From Akkermansia muciniphila ATCC BAA-835 (GTDB lineage Bacteria; Verrucomicrobiota; Verrucomicrobiia; Verrucomicrobiales; Akkermansiaceae): DNA of 32,000 nt. The DNA lies in contig NC_010655.1 in assembly GCF_000020225.1 (NCBI RefSeq), positions 630,001 to 662,000 on the forward strand. Reading direction: 5' to 3'. This document shows, piece by piece, positions 8,565 to 17,741 of the stretch. The notes under the pieces are model-generated. The model searched no databases. It was not told the origin of the DNA and saw only the letters and a list, made by a program, of their open reading frames with translations. Positions within the stretch are counted from its first letter, which is position 1. Every line of letters starts with the position of its first letter. Both the position numbers and the translations under genes were made by a program.

Positions 8565-10160
8565 ATGCTTAAAAAAATCAAACGGGCCTTCGGCTTCGGA
8601 TCCTGCGATCCCATGGAAGGCTCCACTATCATCATCAATGCCGAAAAGCTCGAACGCCGCGTAGCCCTTCTGGAAAACGGCGTATTGGAAGAATACACCA
8701 TCGAGCGCGAAGGCGAAGACAACATCGTAGGCGGCATTTTCAAAGGCCGTGTCAAGAACATCGAACCGGGCCTCAAAGCCATGTTCGTGGACATCGGGCA
8801 GGAAAAAAACGCCTTTCTGCACTTCTGGGACGCGCTTCCCGCCGCACTGGACTCCAGCCTGGAAGAAATCGAACGCGAAGGCCGTCCGAAAAAACAGCAG
8901 CGCAAAATCACGTCCAAAGACATCCCGGACATCTATCCCATCGGCTCTGAAATCATGGTGCAGGTCACCAAAGGACCGATCGGCACCAAGGGTCCCCGTG
9001 TCACAACGAACGTATCCCTGGCGGGACGCTACCTGGTCCTGATGCCTTTTACGGACCAGTTCGGCATCTCCCGTAAAATTGAAGACCCCAAAGAGCGCCT
9101 GCGCCTGCGCCAGATCATGCAGAAACTGAATGTTCCGGACGGAATGGGCATCATCATGCGCACGGTGGCCCAGGGCCAGCGCTACCGCCACTTTGTCCGC
9201 GACCTCGCCATGCTGCTGGAACAATGGTACAGCGTGGAAGAAAAGAAGGAGGCCAATCCGGCCCCCGTCTGCGTGTACAAGGAGCCGGACCTGATTGAAC
9301 GCACGGCACGGGATTTCCTTACGGACACCGTAGACAACATCATCTGCGACAACGCGGAAACCACGGAACACATGCGCGCCATTGCCGGAAAAATCTCGCG
9401 CCGCGCCAAGCGCCACATCCAGCACTTCCCCGTGCGCACGCCTATCTTTGAAGAACTGGGAATTGAAAAACAAATCAATGAAGCTTTCCAGCGCCAGGTG
9501 CTCCTGCCCTGCGGAGGCTACCTGGTGATTGACGAAACGGAGGCGCTGATCGCCATTGACGTCAACACCGGACGCAACAAGGGCACCAAGGATCTGGACA
9601 AGACCATTCTGGATACCAATCTGGAAGCCGCCTATGAAATCGCCCGCCAGCTTCGCCTGCGCAACATCGGCGGTCTGGTGGTGGTGGACTTTATCGACAT
9701 GCGCCACAGGAAGGACCAGCAGGCCGTTTATAAGGCCATGAAGGACCGCCTGAAACGGGACAAGGCAAAAACCCAGGTACTGCAGATCACCCCCATCGGC
9801 CTGATGGAAATGACGCGCCAGCGGCTCAACGAGAGCCTCAGGGAATCCGTTCATGATCCGTGCCCGTACTGCGGAGGCAGGGGCCGCGTCAAATCCGTGA
9901 TGACCATGAGCGTGGAAATTCAGCGGCAAATTTACGCCTGCATCCAGAAATACCGGGATACCATCGGAGACATGGTCATCGTCGTCAACTCGGAAGTGCT
10001 CTCCCGCTTCAAGAATGAAGACGCCAGCCTGCTCATGGAACTGGAACGCCAGCACAGCGGAAGGCTGATTTTCCGGGGCGACCACAACCAGCACCGCGAA
10101 TCCTTCGCCATTTACGACGCCCGATACGACAACAAACCCCTCTACCAGTCCGGGCAATAG
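8565..10160 (+). CDS. rng: Ribonuclease G/E family endoribonuclease (catalytic domain only)
   Basis: S1 domain NIVGGIFKGRVKNIEPGLKAMFVDIG, catalytic IAIDVNTG and GGLVVVDFIDM, and Zn-link CPYCGGRG. The start is uncertain: GTG 8553, ATG 8565 (chosen) or ATG 8613. Confidence 0.88.
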   Translation: MLKKIKRAFGFGSCDPMEGSTIIINAEKLERRVALLENGVLEEYTIEREGEDNIVGGIFKGRVKNIEPGLKAMFVDIGQEKNAFLHFWDALPAALDSSLEEIEREGRPKKQQRKITSKDIPDIYPIGSEIMVQVTKGPIGTKGPRVTTNVSLAGRYLVLMPFTDQFGISRKIEDPKERLRLRQIMQKLNVPDGMGIIMRTVAQGQRYRHFVRDLAMLLEQWYSVEEKKEANPAPVCVYKEPDLIERTARDFLTDTVDNIICDNAETTEHMRAIAGKISRRAKRHIQHFPVRTPIFEELGIEKQINEAFQRQVLLPCGGYLVIDETEALIAIDVNTGRNKGTKDLDKTILDTNLEAAYEIARQLRLRNIGGLVVVDFIDMRHRKDQQAVYKAMKDRLKRDKAKTQVLQITPIGLMEMTRQRLNESLRESVHDPCPYCGGRGRVKSVMTMSVEIQRQIYACIQKYRDTIGDMVIVVNSEVLSRFKNEDASLLMELERQHSGRLIFRGDHNQHRESFAIYDARYDNKPLYQSGQ

Positions 10161-10185
10161 CCTGAAAATCAAATCCGGCTTTCCG

Positions 10186-10216
10186 GGCCGGGCGATACCC
10201 TCGCCCGGCCTTTTTT
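10186..10216 (+). terminator. Rho-independent terminator after rng
   Basis: Perfect 10-bp stem GGCCGGGCGA(10186-10195)/TCGCCCGGCC(10201-10210), loop TACCC, then T6 at 10211-10216. Confidence 0.75.
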
Positions 10217-10224
10217 ACGCCGCC

Positions 10225-11346
10225 ATGAACAACATTCCCACTTCCCCCAACGACCCCGTCAACACGGACATTCTGCTGGTGGCGGAAGACCGCATCAAAG
10301 GGTTCCGCCGCCTGCCCTTCCACGCCATTTCCGAACAATGCGGACATCCTGTTCCGGTGGTTATCCAGCGGCTGAAAGCCATGATGGAGGCCGGAGTAGT
10401 GCGTCGCGTGCGCCAGACGCTGCTGGCGACTAAGCTGGCCCAGGGAGCCCTGGTGGCCTGGTCCCTGCCGGAGGAAAAACTGGATGCCGCTTTTGACTGG
10501 ATGAAGGAGCTGGACCCTTTTACGGGCCATGTGGTGCTCCGCAATACGGATGCGGCCAACCCCGGCGCCAACTACAGGCTCTGGACCACGGTCAAGGTGC
10601 CCGTGGGGTGCGGTACGCCGGAGGAACACTGCGGCATCCTGAAACGCCATATCGGCGCAGACGGTTATGTTCTGCTGCCGGCACGCGGCGTCTTTGCGCT
10701 GGGGGTGGGGCACATGCGCCGCAGGGGACTCAGGCCCGGAGAAAAAACTCCGGAACCGGCTCCCATGCAGGAAACGAAAACCGTATCTCTTTCAGAACTG
10801 GAATGGAAGGTGCTCCTCTCCGTCAAGGAACAGCTCAGGCCTGAGGAAATGGTGGAAGATCCCTGGTCCCTCCGGGCCGCACGGGCAGGATTGGAAACGG
10901 AAGAATACTGCCGTACGGCGGAAGAACTGGACCGGAAGCATGTCATCGGCCGTTTCGCCACTTTTCTGGAACATGTGAGAGCCAAAACGGACGACGGCCC
11001 CGTTACCAAATACAACGGACTGTTCCATTGGACGGTTCCCTCCGGCATGGAAATCCGGGCTGGAGCGGAATGCGGGCGCCACATCTGCATGACCCATTGT
11101 TATTGGAGAACAGGCGGAGATGTTTTTGGAGGAGCGCAAATCATGGGTGTGGTACACGGATTGGAAAAAGATGCCGTTCTGGAGCACAAAGCGGCGATTG
11201 ACCGCCATCTGGAGGCTTCCGGCATTCCCATCCTCCACACGGCTGTTTTCTGGGGTGAACGTTCGGAAATCAAGCCTTCCGAGATTTCTCCGGAACTGTA
11301 TAGGAAATGGATGGAAGAAGTAAAAAAAGCTCCCGTTCTGCAGTAA
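10225..11346 (+). CDS. Tandem Lrp/AsnC-type protein, sirohaem decarboxylase (NirDL / AhbA-AhbB)-like fusion
   Basis: 373 aa built from two repeats of a wHTH plus a small ligand domain. The HTH segments are DILLVAED...ISEQCGHPVPVVIQRLKAMMEAGVVRR and LSELEWKVLL...EELDRKHVIGRF. The His motifs TGHVVLR and MTHCYWR resemble the xSHxYxR motif I recall for NirD/AhbA-type proteins. Confidence 0.55.
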   Translation: MNNIPTSPNDPVNTDILLVAEDRIKGFRRLPFHAISEQCGHPVPVVIQRLKAMMEAGVVRRVRQTLLATKLAQGALVAWSLPEEKLDAAFDWMKELDPFTGHVVLRNTDAANPGANYRLWTTVKVPVGCGTPEEHCGILKRHIGADGYVLLPARGVFALGVGHMRRRGLRPGEKTPEPAPMQETKTVSLSELEWKVLLSVKEQLRPEEMVEDPWSLRAARAGLETEEYCRTAEELDRKHVIGRFATFLEHVRAKTDDGPVTKYNGLFHWTVPSGMEIRAGAECGRHICMTHCYWRTGGDVFGGAQIMGVVHGLEKDAVLEHKAAIDRHLEASGIPILHTAVFWGERSEIKPSEISPELYRKWMEEVKKAPVLQ

Positions 11347-11739
11347 CTCCCTTCTCCACGCCCGCCTCCGGTGGTCTTCCCCTGGGGTAGAACAGCTTTT
11401 CCCTCCGAACTCCCGCGAATGCCGTCACGAAGGCACAAGCATTTTTAATGCCGCAACTGAGATGCCGGCTGTTTCCCCTCCCTCCGTCCTGCAGCACCGC
11501 TTAGTTCCCTATTCCCGGCCTACAGCGGCTTAATACCGTTTTCCCGGACGTTCCAGGATCTTTGATATATTTTCCTGTCAATTCAGGAAACGGGACTGAA
11601 GAAATCCGTTTCAAGCCTTCAGGGAGACGCACGCCTCAACCTGATGAGCTATTCATTTTCTCCTTTGCTCCGGCGCTGTTTCCTTTCCGGGATACACCGG
11701 GAGAGGCTTCTGCCTGCAGAAACAAGAAAAACTCAACAC

Positions 11740-11775
11740 AAGGGCCGTCTCCCCCCTTATGGGGAGACGGCCCTT
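11740..11775 (-). terminator. Strong hairpin terminator downstream of the 347-aa gene (could act bidirectionally)
   Basis: Perfect 15-bp stem AAGGGCCGTCTCCCC(11740-11754)/GGGGAGACGGCCCTT(11761-11775) with loop CCTTAT. On the minus strand it is followed by a U-rich stretch (GUGUUGAGUUUUUC). Confidence 0.6.
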
Positions 11776-11819
11776 ATTAAAGAAATATCGGCCGGCGAAC
11801 AACCTGCCGCGAAGCTTTA

Positions 11820-12863
11820 TTACTGCTTATTCTGCGGCTGTGCGGGAGCCTGGTCAGGAGCCTTGGCGGGAGCAACAGCGGCCGGATGCTTGTAGGAAAC
11901 CGCAAAACCGTCATACTTGGCCGGCAGCTTCCTGTCCGGGAACATCAGTTCATGCAAACGGTACAGGGCAGCCGCTTCCTTGACAGGAACGGGACGGGAC
12001 TTCAGCCGTGAATCCGGAATCACAGCTTCGGGATTATTCTTCCTGGATTCCACGGCAGATGAGACGACGGGATTCTCAAAGAATTTGACAACATCCGGCA
12101 TGCGCAGGTAGGCATCCAGGGAGCGGGCCACGCAGGCAGACGCCAGTTCTTCATCGGAACCATGCAACAAAACCAGGGCTTCCGCAAAATAATCCAGCGC
12201 CTTGTTCCAATCCTGGGCCACCATGGCGGCCGCACCCAGGGCATATTTCATCCGCGCCTGCTGGAGGCGGGTGGCATTCTTTTTGGTTGCCAGGAAAGAA
12301 CCGGCACGGCTTTTCACGCCGTTCCAGTCCTTATCTGGAATCAAGGCCATGATTTTTGCCACCTCCAGGTCATTCTGGGCGGAAGGGGACAAATTGGCCC
12401 CTCTGACGGGAAACTTGGCCGCCAACCCTTTGACTCCAGCCCAATCCATCATGCGCATGGCGCACTCCAGTTCATAGACGGCCGCCCGGGCGGACAGGCT
12501 GTCCTTGATGGAAAGCGTTGAGGCATACTTATTCACCAGAGCGTGGAATTTGTTGCGGGCTTCCTGGTACTTCCGGTTTTCCATAGCCACCTTGGCATCC
12601 ACAAAGTCGTCCGTTTCAAAAATATACAGCGTCTTGAAGGCGCTGGCCATCTGCTGAAGGACTTCCTGGGATTCCCTGCTCTCCACAAACTGGACCGTGG
12701 GTCCATTGGAGGAAAGAATGTAGATATCCGTCGGACGGCCATTCTTGATGGTCGGTGCGGCAACTCTGGCGCGCAGGCGCTGGGGATTCTGGGCATTCTG
12801 GGCCATGGACGGAACCAGGGAGGACAGTCCGGCCAATACCATTATTACTGAAAGTGCTTTCAT
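11820..12863 (-). CDS. Secreted hypothetical protein, helical/TPR-like, with a Pro/Ala/Gln-rich C-terminal tail
   Basis: Signal peptide MKALSVIMVLAGLSSLVPSMAQNAQ and tail PAAVAPAKAPDQAPAQPQNKQ. It starts 26 nt downstream of the large TPR gene, so co-transcription is likely. Confidence 0.75.
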   Translation of the reverse strand: MKALSVIMVLAGLSSLVPSMAQNAQNPQRLRARVAAPTIKNGRPTDIYILSSNGPTVQFVESRESQEVLQQMASAFKTLYIFETDDFVDAKVAMENRKYQEARNKFHALVNKYASTLSIKDSLSARAAVYELECAMRMMDWAGVKGLAAKFPVRGANLSPSAQNDLEVAKIMALIPDKDWNGVKSRAGSFLATKKNATRLQQARMKYALGAAAMVAQDWNKALDYFAEALVLLHGSDEELASACVARSLDAYLRMPDVVKFFENPVVSSAVESRKNNPEAVIPDSRLKSRPVPVKEAAALYRLHELMFPDRKLPAKYDGFAVSYKHPAAVAPAKAPDQAPAQPQNKQ

Positions 12864-12889
12864 ATGATTGATTACTAAACCTCTTGTTA

Positions 12890-15800
12890 TTATTTCTGGC
12901 CCTTGGCGGCGCGTACGGCTGCTTCATAGGCGGCAATGTCCGCCCGTTCCTGGCTGACGGCAGGATCGGAACCGAACTTGGCCGTCTTATCCTTCACCTC
13001 ATTGACCAGGGCACTGTCCTCCGCCGTCATCTTCTTGCGGTTGGCGGGAGTATCCAGCAACTGCACGTACTGGCTGCCGGCCTTCCAGGCAACGTACCTG
13101 TCGGAAGGCTGCTTGCCCGCACCCTGGGACATCGTATTCCTCTTCCACAGCGTATCCATCTGCGCCAGCACGGCGGGGGCGGACCACTTCACGAGCCCCT
13201 TGTACGTACCCGTGATGTTCATGAAGTTAATCAACGCCTTGTCCAGCTCATTCTGCTTCAGGTAGGCTTCACCCTGCAGATAGAGGACTTCCGGCAGATT
13301 CTTCTTATAGGTCTTGTTTTCGCGGTACTTGTCGGCAGCGGCAATGACGGCCGGCCAGTCCTGGCGGGCGGAAGTGAACTTGACCAGATTGTACTGGGCG
13401 TCTTCCATGGCCTTGCGGTCCGGGTTGGAGCTGGATTCTTCCTTGCTCAGTTCATCCCTCATCATCTTGATGGCGGTGTCCACCTTGGCGTTATCCTTGC
13501 TGCGCCCCAGAGCTACGGCTTTCCCGAAGACCGCATTCTTGCGGTACTTGGACATGCCGTTGATGCGGGCCTTCTTACGCACCGGGTCAGGTTCCGACGG
13601 GTCCAGGATTTCATCAAAGTAGGAGATGCTTTCTTCAGGCTGGGAAGTGCCGGCCAGGTGCATGCCAAGCTTCACAAGCGTGTACGGGGGCAGATCGGAA
13701 GGCTTGAAGTCGCGCTTCAGCTCCACGAAGAGCTGCTTGACCAGACCTTCCAGGGCGGCTTTCTCGGCACGCTGTTCGTCCGTCTCCACAGGAGCCTTTT
13801 CATACCGTTCCTGAGTCTGGGCAATAACGGCCATGCGAAGCATGGCGCTCAGCGTCTTGTCTTTATCATTGTCCACGCCGGGGAACCGGTAGAAGTGGTT
13901 GCGCATGGCATTGGCATCCAGATTGCGGCCCAGGGCCTGATTGCCGGCCATGTACGTCTTGGTATAGGAATTGACGGCCTCTTCCAGAAGAACGGTCATC
14001 TTGGGATCGTCCTTCTTGCCTTCCCTCACAATAATTTCCTGCATCTTGACGGATGCCGGGTCAAACATCTCCTTGTCATCCTTAAAGAAGTCCATGGCGG
14101 CGGCAGCCAGCTGGAGGCTGTAGCGGCTGCCGGGCTGGTCGCTGTCTTTCCAGTACTCGTCATACCATTTCTTGACCTCGTCCCGGCGCGCCGTCCTGGC
14201 CGTTTCCACGGCTTCCTTCGGTTCTACCGGAAGAGGCTTCTTGGTAGCGTTAATAAACAGGTTGTACACGGCTTCCGCAGCGGGACGCTTGTCGCCCAGC
14301 TTCTTGGCGGACTCCAGAGCGGCCAGGAAATAGCCTTCCGCTTCCTGCTCATGCTCCTTGCTGCCGGCACACAGATTAGCCAGCAAATTGTTGGCATACG
14401 GGAACAGGCGGTGGTCCTTGAAATTGTCCACAATTTCCTTCGCATCTTTCGCGGCAAGCTCTTCGTCTCCGGGGTTCTTGCGGTTCAGGTAGTTGAAGGC
14501 CCGGTCATACAATACGGCGGCCATATTGGCCTCCCCCTTGTCCGGGAAACGGGCAATGTAATTGGTAAAGGACCGGATGGCTTCATCCGTATTGCCCAGG
14601 TTCGTGTAGGTTTCACCAAGAAGGTACATGGCCGTTTTCAGATAAGTGCTGTCACGGTATTCCTTCACGAAGCGTTCCAGCACCGGCACCGCTTCCTTAT
14701 AACGGGAGGCGTCGGCAGCCCCCAGGTTGAACAGGGAGGCTCCTTTGCAGTACAGGGCCAGTTCATAGAACTTATGGGTGGGGTCATCCTTATGCAACTC
14801 CATGACCTTGTCCGCCTGCTGAACGCAGAGATCGAATTTTTTTTCCTTCAGAAGCCCTTCCAAAGACAGCGTATTAAGCATGGGGGCATACTTGGAATTG
14901 GGGAATTCCTTCAGGTGCTGCGCCACAAGCTCGCCTCCCTTGTCCGCTTCTCCCAGCTGCCAGGTGGTCATCGCCAGATAATACAGGTTATCCTCCCTGC
15001 CCGGAGCATCCGGGTAGGATTCATTGATAAGCTGGTAGGCGGCGCGGGCAACCCTTTGGGAACCATGCACCAGGGCCTGGTTGCCCATAAAGCTGAACGT
15101 GAAGGCGTCCATGACCTTTCCTTCCTCCTTCATCTTGTTGAACTGGTCGATCAGGGCCGTCACCTTCGCTCTGTCCAGCGTATGGGAAAAATCCGTCACG
15201 CCAGGCACGGCCCCGTTGGCACGGCCCAGACGATCCAGGGAATAATTGGCATCCGCCATTACTCCGGACTGATCGGGAAGAAGACCCATCAGCACCATCG
15301 CCAGGGAAGCATAATCTTCAGACTCTTTCTGCTTTCCATCCTGAAGCAGGGAACGGGATTTCTCCAGCACTTCCGCAACGTAGCTCACCAGCCGCGGGGT
15401 GTACAAAGCCACACGCGTGGGACTGATATTCATCACGGAAGGGTAGTTTTCCACAAACTTCACCGTCTCACTGCATTTGCCGGTCTTAATGGCGGCATCC
15501 ACCATCGCCAGAAAGCCATTGGTAATAACGGCATCCGTAATGCGGCGGCCCTTGTAGCGTGACGTGACGCAAGAGGTAAGGTTTTCCATCCCTTTTTCAA
15601 AAGCAGGCGGAGACATCTTGAAATAGCATTGGGCCAGAAGCCCCTGCACTTCGCCAGCATTGACGTTTCTGGCGACAGGATCGCTGCGGTATTCTTTCAG
15701 GAATTTTTCCAGCAGCTCCGCACCCTTGGCAAAATCCCCAAGACGGCAGTAGTTTTCCCCTTCCCGGAACAGGGCCATTTTCACGAGCTGGTTTTTAGCG

Positions 15801-16123
15801 CTCGGAAACTTGGTGTAACAAGCCTTGAACGCTTCCACAGCCTCCTTGTAATTTTTCAGCTGGGCCAGACAGACGCCCTTCTGGTAATAGAACCAGCCGA
15901 AGCCGTCATCCAGCCCCAGCATCTTGATACGGGGTTCATAAACGCGGATGCAGCGATCCACGGCATCCAGGGCTTCCTGCCACTTCCCTTCCTTAATGGC
16001 CGTCAGGGCCGTGCGCTGGTAATCGCGCGGGCCATGCTGGGCGCCGGATGGAAGAACCGCCCCGATACTCAGCACGGAAACCAGGCCTGCAGCCAGTGCA
16101 GTAGTATAGTTTGATTTGATCAT
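12890..16123 (-). CDS. Large secreted tetratricopeptide-repeat protein (1077 aa)
   Basis: I chose the start at MIKSNYTTALAAGLVSVLSIGAVLPSGAQ (ATG 16123) inside ORF 12890-16195. TPR/YbgF-like helical repeats recur throughout, for example GKWQEALDAVDRCIRVY, LKNYKEAVEAFKACYTKFP and GDFAKGAELLEKFLKEY. Confidence 0.85.
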   Translation of the reverse strand: MIKSNYTTALAAGLVSVLSIGAVLPSGAQHGPRDYQRTALTAIKEGKWQEALDAVDRCIRVYEPRIKMLGLDDGFGWFYYQKGVCLAQLKNYKEAVEAFKACYTKFPSAKNQLVKMALFREGENYCRLGDFAKGAELLEKFLKEYRSDPVARNVNAGEVQGLLAQCYFKMSPPAFEKGMENLTSCVTSRYKGRRITDAVITNGFLAMVDAAIKTGKCSETVKFVENYPSVMNISPTRVALYTPRLVSYVAEVLEKSRSLLQDGKQKESEDYASLAMVLMGLLPDQSGVMADANYSLDRLGRANGAVPGVTDFSHTLDRAKVTALIDQFNKMKEEGKVMDAFTFSFMGNQALVHGSQRVARAAYQLINESYPDAPGREDNLYYLAMTTWQLGEADKGGELVAQHLKEFPNSKYAPMLNTLSLEGLLKEKKFDLCVQQADKVMELHKDDPTHKFYELALYCKGASLFNLGAADASRYKEAVPVLERFVKEYRDSTYLKTAMYLLGETYTNLGNTDEAIRSFTNYIARFPDKGEANMAAVLYDRAFNYLNRKNPGDEELAAKDAKEIVDNFKDHRLFPYANNLLANLCAGSKEHEQEAEGYFLAALESAKKLGDKRPAAEAVYNLFINATKKPLPVEPKEAVETARTARRDEVKKWYDEYWKDSDQPGSRYSLQLAAAAMDFFKDDKEMFDPASVKMQEIIVREGKKDDPKMTVLLEEAVNSYTKTYMAGNQALGRNLDANAMRNHFYRFPGVDNDKDKTLSAMLRMAVIAQTQERYEKAPVETDEQRAEKAALEGLVKQLFVELKRDFKPSDLPPYTLVKLGMHLAGTSQPEESISYFDEILDPSEPDPVRKKARINGMSKYRKNAVFGKAVALGRSKDNAKVDTAIKMMRDELSKEESSSNPDRKAMEDAQYNLVKFTSARQDWPAVIAAADKYRENKTYKKNLPEVLYLQGEAYLKQNELDKALINFMNITGTYKGLVKWSAPAVLAQMDTLWKRNTMSQGAGKQPSDRYVAWKAGSQYVQLLDTPANRKKMTAEDSALVNEVKDKTAKFGSDPAVSQERADIAAYEAAVRAAKGQK

Positions 16124-16151
16124 GTGTTTAAAATTCGTTGAAACAGAAGAG

Positions 16152-16180
16152 ATAATAAAACAGGTGCAATATCTGTGCAA
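16152..16180 (-). promoter_or_regulatory. Candidate sigma70-type promoter for the TPR gene pair
   Basis: On the minus strand, TTGCAC (16180-16175), a 17-nt spacer, then TATTAT (16157-16152), ending 28 nt before ATG 16123. The match is to the generic bacterial consensus only; the promoter rules of this lineage are unknown to me. Confidence 0.3.
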
Positions 16181-17202
16181 ATACACGGAATACACCTATC
16201 TGTAATGGATTGCGTCATTTTAACAGGATGCGTCAAACTCTAAAGAAGAAAGTTTTACCTTTTTAGTCATCCTTGCAAGAAAGTTCTTACATCCCCCGTC
16301 TATCCGGAGTTGGAACAGGTCTGCGCCGCCCAGCCGGAAAAATACTGCTTTTTCAATACCCCGCTACACACTCTGCGGCCAAAGGAATGCACTCTTTCCG
16401 CTTTCAAAAGTTTTTCGGTGGAACACGGCCTACTATTCCATCATACCCTTAAGGAGCCTCGGATCCCGTCTGTCAGGATGCCAGAGGCACATTTAACATG
16501 GCGCAAACAGATCGTCCGTTCAACCGGAATTCCATTTTTCCGGCATCCGCAGCCATGCCGGCCTTCTCCCCGGCAACATCCATCCCCTCCCCTCTCAGTT
16601 CTCTTTTTTCAACATGAAATCCCATCCGCGAGTTGAAAGGAAATATCATGAAAAAACAGCTATTCCTCCCCACGGGAGGTACGGGAAGAAACACACTCCT
16701 CCCCGTACTCCCCCATAACAATATCACTTCCCGGGAATCATCAACAAGGATTTTCCTGTTACTGTACAAATAAGATAAAGGCTTCGAGCCGCCTTTCTCC
16801 CTGCTCTGCTGCATCCTCCTTTCAATATACTCTTTCCATCCCTCCCGTGAATGAACAGGTTTTCTGAAGCCGGCCCTTCCAATACTCTCCTGACTGCCTC
16901 TCCTCCTCCCAGCCACACACGGAATGCAATACTGGAAAAAGACGGCAACACTTCTCCTGAAGTTTCGTTCCCGGACAGAATTCACGGCTATCCGCCTGCC
17001 ACCTGCGGTCCCACAAAAGGGAAAAACGGATTCAGCACCGGGCCAAGAAAGGAGTATTGTTCCGGCCAAAACTGCATATCCCCACCAGAACATTTACCGT
17101 ACAACAAAAAGGGCATGGTCCGACTCCGGATTTCTCTACGGGGCTCCCCCCCTTGCCGTAAAATGCTGCCGTATGCGGGCCTCCGTTTCTCCCGTCAATA
17201 AC

Positions 17203-17237
17203 AAAAAAAGCTTCCGCTCCTTTTGAGAGCGGAAGCT
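17203..17237 (-). terminator. Rho-independent terminator after the second exbD
   Basis: Perfect 11-bp stem AGCTTCCGCTC(17209-17219)/GAGCGGAAGCT(17227-17237). On the minus strand it is followed by U7 (A-run 17203-17209 on the plus strand). Confidence 0.8.
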
Positions 17238-17271
17238 GAGAGTCAATGAAAAAAATAAAGGTAATTTACTT

Positions 17272-17730
17272 TTAGTCGTCCTTAAGGTCGGTCAGAGCCA
17301 CCGTTGTAATCCCGGCCTCCGTCAACGCGTTCATGACGTCAATAACGCGCTGGTGGGGGACATCCCCTTCTACCCACAACTGCACTACCGGCTTGGTGCC
17401 TACAGCGCTGGCCTCCTGTTTTTTGGCTTCCAGCTGCTGGACGAGCGTCGCCAGGTTGTGGTTGTTCATGTCATTGTCGATCATCAGGCTGTTGTCCTTG
17501 CCCCAGTAAATGGTGCCGTCCTTGATAATGCGGATCAGTGCCGGTTCAATCTGGGAGGCATTTTCGCTCACGGACTGCCCTGGCATGGACATATCCAATT
17601 TGCGTTCCTGAATCAGAGAGGTCGCTACAATGAAGTAAATCAGCAGAAGGAAACATACGTCGATGAGAGAGGAAATATCCAGCTTGGGATCTTCATCCTC
17701 AACCGTTTCCAGTTTTTTATGTCTTGCCAT
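17272..17730 (-). CDS. exbD: ExbD/TolR-family biopolymer transport protein (paralogue 2)
   Basis: 152 aa with a single N-terminal TM helix carrying the conserved Asp (SSLIDVCFLLLIYFIV) and a periplasmic alpha/beta domain. It lies 11 nt after the first exbD. Confidence 0.85.
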   Translation of the reverse strand: MARHKKLETVEDEDPKLDISSLIDVCFLLLIYFIVATSLIQERKLDMSMPGQSVSENASQIEPALIRIIKDGTIYWGKDNSLMIDNDMNNHNLATLVQQLEAKKQEASAVGTKPVVQLWVEGDVPHQRVIDVMNALTEAGITTVALTDLKDD

Positions 17731-17741
17731 AGCGCGTAATG

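Noticed and set aside
8535-10172. A 545-aa ORF on the minus strand.
   Set aside because: It is a codon-aligned shadow of the RNase G/E gene, whose S1, DNase-I-like and Zn-link motifs are unambiguous.
12884-15562. An 892-aa ORF on the plus strand.
   Set aside because: It is a codon-aligned shadow of the 1077-aa TPR gene. The sequence is repetitive and Leu/Gly/Arg/His-rich, with no motifs.
16648-16776. A 42-codon plus-strand mini-ORF (MKKQLFLPTGG...) preceded by AAAGGAAAT.
   Set aside because: It lies in the pyrimidine-skewed spacer and runs through the nested hairpins. It has no supporting features, and it is on the strand opposite to all neighbouring genes.
16473-17093. A 206-aa minus-strand ORF in the exbD-TPR spacer. 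I also checked it as a possible degenerate tonB.
   Set aside because: It has an Arg/Trp/Cys-rich composition, no Pro-rich spacer and no TonB C-terminal pattern. It uses codons avoided by real genes here. The long open frame is expected from the T-poor, purine-rich minus strand.
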